Assembly (NCBI GenBank): GCA_965261595.1
Contig: CBDHDG010000006.1
Coordinates: 608,001 to 672,000, forward strand
Reading direction: 5' to 3'
Length of the DNA: 64,000 nt
From: a bacterium
Lineage (GTDB): Bacteria > UBA8248 > JACPRG01 > G963555815
Below are positions 1 through 9,609 of the stretch, piece after piece (positions within the stretch are counted from its first letter, which is position 1; each line of letters begins with the position of its first letter). Under the pieces are notes generated by a model. That model saw only the letters and a program-made list of their open reading frames with translations. It was not told the origin of the DNA and ran no database searches. Made by a program: the position numbers and the translations under genes.

Positions 1-2
1 TT

Positions 3-805
3 AGTACAACTACGAGGCCGGGGTCCATTGAAGCCGAATTGAAGTTTAAGTGTATTGAATCCGACCAAAGGAAGATCGTAGCCGAACGCGAACGGCTGGA
101 GAGAGAAAGGAGGCGTATCGCAACTCTTCGGCGTGCGCAAGAGAAGCGTACAGAGAGAAAAGCGATTACCCCTTCCTCAAAGGCATGGAGAATAGCAGGC
201 TCCGGTCTTATTTTGAGGGGGACTTCTTACGCTCTAACGAGCTACCACGTCATCCAACAAGGCGAGAGCATCCGCGTAACATTGCCATCCGGCGAGGTCT
301 ACCCGGCCTTGGTTGTGACGAAAGATCGGAACAACGACCTTGCCCTAGTTCTGCTTAAAGGTATGCGGCCCATGGGAGGATTCATCGCTCGGGTTCAGGC
401 CGAAGTTAAAACAGGCGAGTTGGTCCACGCCCTGGGATATCCACTGGGGGGACGCCTTAGTCGACAACCAAGCATCGTCACGGGTCATGTGAGCGCCGCA
501 ACGGGTCTGGAAGATAATATCGCGCAGTTCTGGATGACGACGCCTATTAACGAGGGAAATAGCGGAGGCCCCGTTGTGAACGCCCAGGGAACTCTCGTTG
601 GTATCGCTTCATCCGGCTTGGTACAGAAAGGCGTTGAGGCAATTCGATTCGGAACGAAGATATCAGCCGCTATGCTTATTCTCCAACAAGCCCGATTAGT
701 GCAAAAGTTCACCTTATGCCTGTGCCCAAGGAGAGAAAGGTCCTAACGCCTCCAGAGATCTTCCGAAAGCATTCGCCGTATGTTGTTCTTATTGAAACCC
801 GATAA
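3..805 (+). CDS. Trypsin-like (S1C/Do-like) serine protease, 5'-partial; probable frameshift near 715
   Basis: Triad motifs TSYHV, NNDLA, GNSGGP. Frame is open from the window start. An alternate frame gives ...VLTPPEIFRKHSPYVVLIETR* ending at 805. Confidence 0.8.
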
Positions 806-1066
806 TGGGATGGCTTCAGCCCCTCTAGGCCGCCGTGCATCCACGCCGTGGGCGAACCCCTGGATCCAAAGGAACTAACGCAATAATGGGGGTCAGGTCT
901 TGAATTATCAGGTCACAACGCAGAACGCCCATTTGCACCCCCTTCCCCTCCTTCATGGACATTATCTCAAGGGTGCAGGAATCGCAAAACCCTTTGGGGG
1001 AAAAAAGGCGCGCTGTGTCGCGATTTGGGCCATTTCTTGATTTTGCATGGCGGAGGACGCCGCAGC

Positions 1067-1354
1067 TTAATCAAGCATCAGTAGGCGTGCCGCGTGAAAG
1101 ACAGTAAGAACCTCGACCGCCTCGGCCTTGACCCGATACACGATACGGTAGCTGCCGTGAATCACCTCCCGCACGGAGTCATCCCCCACTTCAGGGACGA
1201 CGCGTCCGGAAAGCGGAAATCTATCGAGTCGTTCCACGCCCGCCACGATACGTTCGACGAGAAGCTCAGCGTATCGGACAAAGTCGCGGGCTACGTATTC
1301 ACGTATCGCCTCGACGTCTTCAAGCGCCTGGAGCGTCCAGATGACGGTCTTCAC
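1067..1354 (-). CDS. RelE/ParE-family toxin
   Basis: MKTVIWTLQALEDVEAIREY...FPLSGRVVPE...REVIHGSYRIVYRV is typical of the family; overlaps the upstream antitoxin by 4 nt. Confidence 0.9.
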   Translation of the reverse strand: MKTVIWTLQALEDVEAIREYVARDFVRYAELLVERIVAGVERLDRFPLSGRVVPEVGDDSVREVIHGSYRIVYRVKAEAVEVLTVFHAARLLMLD

Positions 1355-1533
1355 CTGGTGAGCCGCTGCTTCGCTTCCTCGTGCGGTATGGTCTTGCCTG
1401 CGTCGGCTTCCGCGATGCCCCGTTCGACCTTCGCAAGGAAGAACAGGCGCTCCATGGCATCTTCGATGGTTGCATCGGGCGGAAGCTTCTGAACGGCCTC
1501 TAAAATCTTTTCCTTTGTTGTGTTTTCCGCCAT
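1351..1533 (-). CDS. Antitoxin of the RelE/ParE module
   Basis: 60 aa, KLPPDATIEDAMERLFFLAKVERGIAEADAGKTIPHEEAK; translationally coupled to the toxin. Confidence 0.85.
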   Translation of the reverse strand: MAENTTKEKILEAVQKLPPDATIEDAMERLFFLAKVERGIAEADAGKTIPHEEAKQRLTR

Positions 1534-1734
1534 CCTGAGTCTCTCCGCTACTCTAAAGAGGGGAAGGCTTCGCAATGCCTCAAATCTATAGCAACCCCCC
1601 ACATCATTCAAGGGGCGGGCGCATCCGGCCGCGAAGGTCTCATCGACCCCCGTCGTAGCCGGAATTTCTCACCAAGCCAAACGCCTCGCAGCTTGCCATT
1701 CGGGGAAAATCGGGACTGAGGATGCCGGGGAAAC

Positions 1735-2375
1735 TCAACGGATCTGAATCTCGGCGGACGCCGATCGGCCCGCGGCGTCAACCACCGTCACCCGCACGAA
1801 CCCCGGCCCGTCCGGGTTCCATTCATTCTCCTTCCGGCCCCCGGAAATCGGACGGCCGTTGATGAGCCAGTTGAACGGACTCTCGCCCCCATGGGCGATG
1901 AGGGGGAGGCGGCTCAATTCAGCGTCCGCCCCGCTGAGCTCCACCGTCGAGCCGTCCCGGGGAAATTCCAGACGCGGCGGCGGGGTCCGGTCACGGGCCA
2001 TACCCCTTTCACTCAGGGCCTGGACCACGCAGGCGGCGCAGGTGCGGGGGAAGCCCCCGGTTATCCGCGATCAGCGCCCCTTCGGGCGCCCGCTCATCCA
2101 GGGAGGGGGAGGGGGGCGGGAGTTGTTCGAACACCTTGAAAAGCAAGGGCGCCGCGGCCCGGCGTCCCGTCGCGCCCGGCACAGGCGTTCCGTCCGGCCT
2201 GCCGACCCAGACTCCGGCCGTATAGCGCTTGTTGTAGCCAATCGCCCACGCATCGCGGTATCCGTAGGAAGTGCCCGTCTTGAGGGCGATCGGCGCGCGC
2301 GGGGTCGCTCCCGAATTTTGCACCCGGTTCGGCGGCCTGGGGACGCCCTCGAGGATTTTCGTCAGATGCCACGCC
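1735..2375 (-). pseudogene. pbpC: Penicillin-binding protein 1C, C-terminal remnant (KTG region plus C-terminal domain), frameshift near 2020
   Basis: IALKTGTSYGYRDAWAIG...VWVGRPDGTPVPGATGRRAAAPLLFKVF, then PRLEFPRDGSTVEL...NWLING...PDGPGFVRVTVVDAAGRSAS in a second frame. Confidence 0.85.
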
Positions 2376-3918
2376 GCCGGGGCGTTCCCCCCCCGTCCGC
2401 GCACCCTGCCGGGGGAGAACCGCGCTACGCCCCGGACATCGCTCGTCACGGCGTCCAACACCCTGTTGTTCCGGGCGATGAGCCTGACTTCCGCGCCCGC
2501 CACGGGCTTGGCCGATTTCAAGGAGCGGACAAACACGTGCAGGCCGTCCCGGCCCTTGACCGTGGAAAGTCCGAGGTCCGACATGACGACCCACTGCGTC
2601 GCGAGAACGCCTCCGGCCTTGGCCGAGACCACATAGATGCCCGGCCGCCCATCCTTCAGGATCTCTCCCAGCGGAATGGACGTGCGCGTCTCCCGGTTGA
2701 CCCGGGTCTCTACGTCCAGGCTGCCCTGCCAGAGCAATTCGCCCGTGTCCTCCCGAAATTCCCTCAATTTCCAGTTGTAGAGCTGGCGGGTGATATTCCC
2801 CGCCATGATCTCGCGGATGAGGTTCCTCTCCACGATGTGATAGACCCGCAGACTTACGGTCCGGACGTTGACCACGGAGAGGGGGAGGTCCTTGGCCTTC
2901 CGGGCCGGCAGGACGTAGGCGCTGTTCCGAAAGGCGACCTGGGGGGCGCGGTCCGGGACGGCGGCCCGGACGGTCGCGCTGGCGGGCGTTTTCAGCCCAT
3001 GCCGGTCGGGCATCCCCTTCAGAACCGTTATCTTGTATGAGCGCCCGTGCGCCAGGCCCTCCAGGCAAAGGGACTTTCCCTCGGGGTTCAAGGCGACCCG
3101 GGCGGCGGGGTCGATCTGGATGTAGTCCCGATACCGAACCCGTCCCCTCCCGGCCAGCGGGCCGGAAAACGTCAGGCAGACCGAGGGTTTTGGACGGTTG
3201 GAGAAAACGCGAAACCTGCGCAGCCGGAATGAATGACGTTTTTCGATCCGCTTCCGGGTCTGGTCGAGCGACCGGGCAAGCCGGCCGATGACGGCGCCCT
3301 CGCGGGCCGCCTTCTCCCGCGACACCAGCCGGTTGGCCTCCCGGATGGCCATCAAGGCCTGCGAGGAGTCCCGGGTTTTATCGAAGACGGTCGCGAGAAA
3401 GCCCAAGGCCATCGCGCGGGAGAGGCTGCTTCCCGCCGCTTTGTACGCCATGTAGGCCGCCCGGGCGGCCTTTTGCAAATTCCGATGAGGACCGGGGTCG
3501 GAATGCGCGCGCGCGAGCTTCAGCCATGTGGCGGAAGTTCCCTTCCCCTTGGCGATCAGGAGCTCATAAGCGAAGACGGCGTCCGGCGCGCCCTTGCGGC
3601 GCGGCCCTTTCCCCACAGACGGGAGGGGGGAGGGGAGGGGAGGGGAAGGATGGGTCCGACCAGCGTCTTGAGCATCTCCAGGTCTTCCGGGGAAAGCTTC
3701 TCGCGGTCGTCGCGGACCCGGGCCTTGATCTCTTCCTCGTAGGCCGCCCCTTCCGCGGCCAGCGGCCGGTTCTCGTAGGCGTAGGACGAAGAAGAAAGCA
3801 CGGCCAACACGCAAACGGGCAACAGAACCGTGCGCAGCCATCCGATCCTGCCCGCAACGGGACGCAATTCCGTTCCGGCCTTCGGCGTCCCGAGCGCTTC
3901 TCTCTCCGGCATGCCCAT
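2376..3918 (-). pseudogene. Bacterial alpha-2-macroglobulin, N-terminal part only; frameshift in a G-rich tract near 3620-3650
   Basis: Signal peptide in ORF 3556-3918 with RBS GGAGG. MG-domain motifs YVLP...LPLSVVNV, ATQWVVMSDLGL, GLHVFVRSLKSAKPVAGAEVRLIARNN. Confidence 0.85.
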
Positions 3919-4337
3919 ACTCCTCCCATCACGCGGGTGGATAACGCGGATTCCAACCATCTATTTTCAGAGTAGACGCTTGGATCAAGTCTTTTGTTCC
4001 CGGTCCTGGCGAGCGGGGGGAGGGGGAGAGGGGGAGGGGGAGGGAGGGGGCCGGCGGGTTCCCACCGAAAGGTTTTCTCGTATTCCTCGCTCGCGGTCTC
4101 TATTTCGGCCCGGACGGCGCCGGAAACAACCGCGCGGACCGGATTCTTCCGCGCCACTCCGCTTGTTCCAAGACAAGCCGGCTCAAGGGAGGAGGGAGGG
4201 AGGGGTGGGATTGATGGGGCCAAGCTTGAAGGGCTCGGAGACGCCCGGCGGCTTCCCGGGTCGGAGCCCAACGGCGATGGCGTCAAGGCCGGGATCGGCC
4301 GTCCGTGGAACCGCAATGGCAGCCGGACGGGCGAAAA

Positions 4338-5414
4338 TCAGAGCCGGATGTTTTCCGGAAGGTGGGGGAACGCGCTCAACTCGTGGGCGGGCATCACCGG
4401 GTTCGTTGCCGTGAGATAGGATCCGTCCAGCTCGGCGAGGCTCGCCACGCCGAGAAGCCCCATGGACTTTTTGATCTCCCCCTCGAGGATTTCGAGCGCC
4501 CGTACGAGGCCGGCCTGGCCGGCGGCGGCGAGCGCCCAGGCCTGGAGCTTTCCGATGGAAACGGCGTCCGCCCCCAGGATGATGGCCTTGAGGACGTCGG
4601 TCCCGCGGACAAACCCGCCGTCGATGATCACTTCGGCCTTGCCGTCCACGGCCGCGACGATCTCGGGCAGGGTCTCGATGGCCCCCCGCCCGTGGTCGAG
4701 CTGCCGGCCGCCGTGATTGGAGACGTAAACCGCCTGGACCCCGTGCTCGACGGCCAGCGCCGCGTCTTCCGCCGTCGCCACGCCCTTGAGGATAAACGGC
4801 AGCCCGCCGATCTCCTTGATCGCGTCCAGGGTCTCCCAGGTCATGGAGGTGTGATACTCATGGCCCTCCAGGTTTTTGACGGCGGCCGGTATCCAGCCTT
4901 CGATGAGCTGCCGCTCGTGGTTGCCGTAGTACACCGAGTCCACGGTGAGGGCCAGCCCGGCGTAACCGGCGCGCTTCGCCCGGCCCACGACGTCCTCGAC
5001 CCACTTCAGATCGCCCCGCACGTAGAGCTGGAAGATCTGCGGATGGGCGGCGCAGGCGGCCGTCTCTTCCAGACTCGGCTGGGTGGCCGAGCTGACGAAG
5101 TTAACCGTGCCGAATTCCTCCGCCGCGCGGGCGGCGGCAATCGCGCCCTCCGGGACGATGGAGTGGAGCGTGCCGACCGGCGCGAGCATCACCGGGATAC
5201 GCAGCTTGTGGCCCAGGACGGTCGTGGAGGCGTCGATCTCGGTGACGTCTCTCATAATTCTCGGCCTGAACGCGAGGCGATCGAGCCCCTGGCGGTTCCG
5301 CCGCAGCGTCGTCTCCGATTCCCCTCCGCCGCTGATGTAGTTCCAGACGTACTGGGTGGCGTTGCGCCGCGCCTCGACGATGATTTCGTGGATGGTCAAA
5401 AATTCGGCGCTCAT
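4338..5414 (-). CDS. FMN-dependent alpha-hydroxy acid oxidase/dehydrogenase
   Basis: YISGG.ESETTLRRN, FQLYV, ILKGV, VSNHGGRQLDHG, DGGFVRGTDVLKA motifs; start MSAEFLT. Confidence 0.92.
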   Translation of the reverse strand: MSAEFLTIHEIIVEARRNATQYVWNYISGGGESETTLRRNRQGLDRLAFRPRIMRDVTEIDASTTVLGHKLRIPVMLAPVGTLHSIVPEGAIAAARAAEEFGTVNFVSSATQPSLEETAACAAHPQIFQLYVRGDLKWVEDVVGRAKRAGYAGLALTVDSVYYGNHERQLIEGWIPAAVKNLEGHEYHTSMTWETLDAIKEIGGLPFILKGVATAEDAALAVEHGVQAVYVSNHGGRQLDHGRGAIETLPEIVAAVDGKAEVIIDGGFVRGTDVLKAIILGADAVSIGKLQAWALAAAGQAGLVRALEILEGEIKKSMGLLGVASLAELDGSYLTATNPVMPAHELSAFPHLPENIRL

Positions 5415-5547
5415 TCGGGCTTCCGCGAGGGCGCGAATCCCTCTTGCGAGATTCCGCCGTAGAAAAGCTCTCCATCTCCGGGTCGGCACATCTAGGCGTG
5501 AAAGCGGGGAGTTGTCAAGCCGAGGGGGAGGGGAGGGGGAGAGGGAA

Positions 5548-5766
5548 CTGCGGAATCCACACATCAACGCGAAAATCGCCCGGGGCGAGGTCGGTCTCCT
5601 GAAGCGGCTCGTCCTGGGGGCCGAGCAGAAGGCGCACTGCATCGGCTGGATGGACGCGAAGAAGATGCAGGCCTCCGCCCGGATCACCCTCGAAGCCCGC
5701 AATGTCGACCCCAAGGGCGTGGACGTCGCCGGCGGATGGACGAACGAGTTCCTCCCGTGTAAGTGA
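5548..5766 (+). pseudogene. C-terminal remnant of an ABC solute-binding protein (NMT1/THI5/SsuA-like)
   Basis: IGWMDAKKMQ...VDVAGGWTNEFLPCK* resembles the C-termini of this class; host-like codon usage; no start or signal peptide. Confidence 0.5.
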
Positions 5767-5788
5767 GGGGCTGAGGGGGGAGTGTGGC

Positions 5789-5903
5789 GGGCCGGGACCC
5801 CCTGCTTTCGTAGAGGGTAGGGGGTCCCGGCCCCTACGAAACAACGCCGGACGGGTGTGTAGGGCGGGGACAGACAGCCCCCCGGCTGAAGCCCCGCCCC
5901 TAC
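5789..5903. repeat. REP-like palindromes (GTAG-type)
   Basis: GGGCCGGGACCCCCT (5789-5803) is the reverse complement of 5819-5833; GTAGGGCGGGG...CCCCGCCCCTAC spans 5859-5903. Confidence 0.65.
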
Positions 5904-5961
5904 ATTTCAGAGCCCCTACCATCAAATCTGGGGTAGTGAGTCAGTTTGATTTTCTGGTCGC

Positions 5962-5995
5962 AAAAAGAAGAACCCCACCTTTCGATGGGGTTCTT
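5962..5995 (-). terminator. Intrinsic terminator closing the candidate ncRNA
   Basis: AAGAACCCCAUC-GAAA-GGUGGGGUUCUU 12-bp stem followed by CUUUUU. Confidence 0.8.
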
Positions 5996-6098
5996 CCGGC
6001 ACAACCGCTATCACGGCCCCGCGTGGCTTGCCTTCGCCAGCCTGGGGAGCCGGCCACCCTCTCGGGTGATCTTCCAATACCGCCGAAGCGGTGACAAC
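5962..6098 (-). ncRNA. Candidate structured ncRNA downstream of the PemK/MazF-like gene
   Basis: TTGACA 3 nt after the toxin stop; enclosing stem GUUGUCAC/GUGAUAGC; hairpins with UUCG and GAGA tetraloops; terminator. Confidence 0.6.
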
Positions 6099-6133
6099 CG
6101 AAATTTCGGCCAATCCATCGATTTTGTCAACCC

Positions 6134-6340
6134 CTAGAGCGAAAGTGCGAACCGAATTGCGGCCTGAATATTCTCAATCACATCTGGTGACAAAACCGGG
6201 GTTTCATAAACCCGCCGGCCCTCTTCTTTCCCGACCATCAATCGATCAAGCCGATCATAGGCCACGGTGTTGATCATATCGCACTTGACCCATTGGTCGG
6301 CCTCCGATCTCCTGAAGGGAAGACTGCCCTTTCCTGGATT
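6134..6340 (-). pseudogene. PemK/MazF-like toxin, C-terminal half
   Basis: QWVKCDMINTVAYDRLDRLMVGKEEGRRVYETPVLSPDVIENIQAAIRFALSL* matches the PemK-like C-terminal pattern; the 5' half is replaced by repeats. Confidence 0.65.
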
Positions 6341-6341
6341 T

Positions 6342-6424
6342 GGGGACACCACACATAATTCCAGAAATAAGTATGGTGTCCCCATAATTCTCCGTTCCCA
6401 TAATTCTCCCCCCCATAATTCTCC
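6342..6424. repeat. Inverted repeat plus three tandem CCCATAATTCTCC units
   Basis: GGGGACACCA (6342-6351) / TGGTGTCCCC (6374-6383); 13-mer at 6381, 6397 and 6412. Confidence 0.8.
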
Positions 6425-6486
6425 CACAAACAAATGGCCGATCGGGAGATGAAGGAAACTCTTCCTGCCCGAATCCCGGCGATCCT

Positions 6487-6603
6487 GTCATTCCCGCGAA
6501 GGCGGGAATCCAGAAATCCATCGAGGTTCGACACGAAGCAATAGAGTCGTGGAAACGGCCTCCCATCCACATCGGCCTGGATTCCCGCCTTCGCGGGAAT
6601 GAC
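6487..6603. repeat. REPIN/dRS3-like inverted pair
   Basis: GTCATTCCCGCGAAGGCGGGAATCCAG (6487-6513) and its exact reverse complement (6577-6603); ATTCCC-N8-GGGAAT core. Confidence 0.85.
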
Positions 6604-6859
6604 CGTCGCGGCGGCTCTACAGCCAGCCGTCCCCCGGAAGCCCGTGCGGACTCCCGTCGGCTCTCAACCGACATCCGCCGCAGTGAAGGGCCTCCAGACA
6701 GCCTGCCATCTTTTTCCGCCTCACATTCGAAATCGTGTGATATCGTGGATGGGCAAAGGACAAACCCCACAGCGCCCGGCCATGGCGCGTGGAGACGCGG
6801 CCCGGTCTCCCCGGCGCGGGGCTCGAGGGCTTCCCTCCTCTCCCGTGAAGGGATTCCCC

Positions 6860-7966
6860 ATGACGAACTCCCCCCGGAGCATCGAAGAAGTCGGCGAGCT
6901 GCTCGACCGGAGCGAGTACATTCCCACGGAGGAGATCTCGACGGCCGTTTTCCTGGCCGAGCGGCTGGGGAAGCCCATCCTCGTCGAAGGCCCGGCGGGC
7001 GTGGGTAAGACCGAGCTGGCGAAGGCCTGGGCGAAGGCCACGGGGCGGGACCTCATCCGCCTTCAGTGCTATGAAGGCCTGGACGAGACGAAGGCCCTCT
7101 ACGAGTGGGAATACGCGAAGCAGATGCTCTATACGCAGCTTCTTCGCGACAAGCTCCAGGACATCCTGGCCGGGACCGGATCCCTGGGCGAGGCCGCCGA
7201 CCGGATCGCCGCCGAGGAGGACGTGTTCTTCTCCGAGCGGTTTCTCCTCCCGCGGCCCCTCCTTCGCGCCATTCAGGCCGAGAAGCCGACGCTGCTCCTC
7301 ATCGACGAGATCGACCGCGCCGACGCGGAATTCGAGGCGTTCCTCCTCGAAATCCTCAGCGATTTTCAGATCAGCGTCCCCGAGCTGGGCACGCTCACGG
7401 CGAAGCAGCGGCCGGCCGTCGTCCTGACGAGCAACAACACCCGCGAGCTCAGCGAGGCCCTCAAGCGCCGGTCGCTCTATGTCTTCATCGACTATCCGTC
7501 CGTCGAGACGGAACTCCGGATCGTCCGGCGGAAGGTCCCGGACCTGGCCCCCGCCCTCGCCCGGCAGGCGGTGGAGGCCGTCCACAAGCTCCGGGGCCTG
7601 GACCTGAAGAAAAGGCCGAGCGTCAGCGAGACCCTGGACTGGGCGAAGACCCTGGTGATACTGAACGCCGAATCCATCGAGCCGAAGGTCCTGGATAACA
7701 CCCTGACGGTCCTCCTGAAACACGAGCACGACCTCATCCGGGCCCGCCGGGCGCTGGCGGCCGAGCGGCGGGCGACGGCCGAGGCCGAGCGGCCGAGCGA
7801 ACCGCAAGCCCCGGAGGGGAGGCGTCCGCCCCGCTCCCCCCGGCCTCCCCGTCCCCCTCGGATCGATCCGGGGGGGTTCGACCCCGAGCGCTTCGACCCC
7901 GAGGGCTTCAACCCCGACATCCTCGGAGGAAACGGACCGGCCGAGGGCGAGACGAATGGAAGATAG
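6860..7966 (+). CDS. MoxR-family AAA+ ATPase (CoxD-like)
   Basis: Walker A EGPAGVGKT, RLQCYEGLD, Walker B LLIDEIDR, LTSNNTRELSEALKRR. Confidence 0.92.
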   Translation: MTNSPRSIEEVGELLDRSEYIPTEEISTAVFLAERLGKPILVEGPAGVGKTELAKAWAKATGRDLIRLQCYEGLDETKALYEWEYAKQMLYTQLLRDKLQDILAGTGSLGEAADRIAAEEDVFFSERFLLPRPLLRAIQAEKPTLLLIDEIDRADAEFEAFLLEILSDFQISVPELGTLTAKQRPAVVLTSNNTRELSEALKRRSLYVFIDYPSVETELRIVRRKVPDLAPALARQAVEAVHKLRGLDLKKRPSVSETLDWAKTLVILNAESIEPKVLDNTLTVLLKHEHDLIRARRALAAERRATAEAERPSEPQAPEGRRPPRSPRPPRPPRIDPGGFDPERFDPEGFNPDILGGNGPAEGETNGR

Positions 7967-9335
7967 GATCGTCGATTTCGTCGCCGGCCTGCGGGGCGCG
8001 GGCGTTCGGGTCTCGGTCGCCGAGAGCGTCGACTGCCTGAGCGCCGTCGATCACACGGGCGCGCGGGACCGGGAGACGTTCCGGCGCGCGCTGCACATCA
8101 CCCTCATCAAGGACGGAAGCGACCTCCCCAAGTTCGAGCGCCTCTTCCCGCTCTATTTCGGCACGGGGGAGAAACCGCTCCTTCAGCCCTCGGACGTCCT
8201 CACGCCGGAAGAGATGAAAACGCTACAGCGGGCGCTGGGGTCCCTCGACCCCGAGCTTCTGGATCTCCTGCGGCAGCTTCTCGAAGGCCGTCCGCTGGAC
8301 CGGGAAGACCTCGATGCCCTGGGCGAGGCGTCGGGGCTTCCGTCGGCCCGGACCCCGTGGGAGCGGCGCTGGGCCGAGCGGCGGATGACGCGGACCCTGG
8401 GCCTGGAAGAAGCGATGGAGGCCCTGGAGCGGCTCCTCGAAGCCCTGGCCGAGATGGGGATGGGCGAGGAGGGGTTGGAGAAGGTCCGTGAGATGTTCGG
8501 GACCAACCTGGAGGCCCTGGAAGAGCAGGTCCGACATCACGCGGGCGGGAGCGTCGCGCGGCGGATGGCCGAGGAGGCGCGGCGGGACGCGGACCCGGAC
8601 CTGATCGACCGGCCCTTTCGGCATCTCGACGAAGCGGAGGCCGAGGCCCTGCGGGACGAGGTCCGCCGCTTGGCGGCCCAGCTTCGGAGCCGGGCGGCCC
8701 TGCGCCACCGGCGGGGGAAAAAGGGCGTCCTCGACCCCAGGGCCACGCTGCGCGCGAACCTGCGCAACGGAGGCGTGCCGATCGATCTCCGCCTCAAGAC
8801 CCGCCGCCTGAAACCCAAGCTGGTCCTCATCTGCGACATCTCCACATCGGTCCGGCACTGCGCGGAGTTCATGCTGCGGCTGATCTACGAGCTTCAGGAC
8901 CAGGTGTCCCGCGCCCGCAGTTTCGCCTTCATCGACCGGATGGAGGAGATCAGCGGGGCCTTCGAGGAGCATCGCCCGGACGCGGCGGTGGAGAAGGTCC
9001 TCCGGGGGCTTCAGCCGGGCCACTACAACACCGACCTGGGGGCCTCGCTGGCGCATTTTTTCGACCGGTCCCTGGACGCCGTGGACGGCCGGACAACGGT
9101 GATCTTCGTGGGGGACGGCCGGAACAACTTCAACGACCCGCGGCTCGACCTGGTGGACGGACTCCGCCGCCGCGCCCGGCGCATCGTCTGGATGAACCCG
9201 GAGCCCCGGCCCCTTTGGGGAACGGGCGACAGCGACATGCCGGCCTACGCCCCGCTCTGCGACCACGTCCACCAAGTGAGCACCCTGGCCGAGCTGGCCG
9301 CCGCCGTCGACCGGCTCTTCCTCCCCGGAAGGTGA
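7956..9335 (+). CDS. VWA domain protein, CoxE-like
   Basis: FVAGLRGAGVRVSVAES, ICDISTSV (MIDAS-like), GDGRNN, WMNPE, WGTGDSDM. Confidence 0.9.
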   Translation: MEDRIVDFVAGLRGAGVRVSVAESVDCLSAVDHTGARDRETFRRALHITLIKDGSDLPKFERLFPLYFGTGEKPLLQPSDVLTPEEMKTLQRALGSLDPELLDLLRQLLEGRPLDREDLDALGEASGLPSARTPWERRWAERRMTRTLGLEEAMEALERLLEALAEMGMGEEGLEKVREMFGTNLEALEEQVRHHAGGSVARRMAEEARRDADPDLIDRPFRHLDEAEAEALRDEVRRLAAQLRSRAALRHRRGKKGVLDPRATLRANLRNGGVPIDLRLKTRRLKPKLVLICDISTSVRHCAEFMLRLIYELQDQVSRARSFAFIDRMEEISGAFEEHRPDAAVEKVLRGLQPGHYNTDLGASLAHFFDRSLDAVDGRTTVIFVGDGRNNFNDPRLDLVDGLRRRARRIVWMNPEPRPLWGTGDSDMPAYAPLCDHVHQVSTLAELAAAVDRLFLPGR

Positions 9336-9494
9336 GCGGCGGACCCCGATTCGCCCGCAACCGCATTTCTCACCGGCCATCGGACGCAAGGGGCGGCGGG
9401 ACATCGAAACCCGATAGCGGGCTCACCGATTTGTGAACGCGGCGCGGCGCTTTTTCAAAATCCGGAAAACCGATAGGCATAGAAGATGGAAGGC

Positions 9495-9523
9495 TTGACT
9501 TTGCGCGCCCGCCAAGCTAGAAG
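9495..9523 (+). promoter_or_regulatory. Possible sigma70 promoter for the ABC operon
   Basis: TTGACT-N17-TAGAAG. Confidence 0.4.
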
Positions 9524-9609
9524 TGTCCCTTTGATTGGAATGCCTCTAAAGTAAAATCGCTTGGAACCGCCGGACGGAAGCTCCCTCATCATGCGGCGGA
9601 GGATTTCCC

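Noticed and set aside
6342..6424. Short tandem repeats as a mini CRISPR array
   Set aside because: 13-bp units with 2-3 bp spacers and no cas genes.
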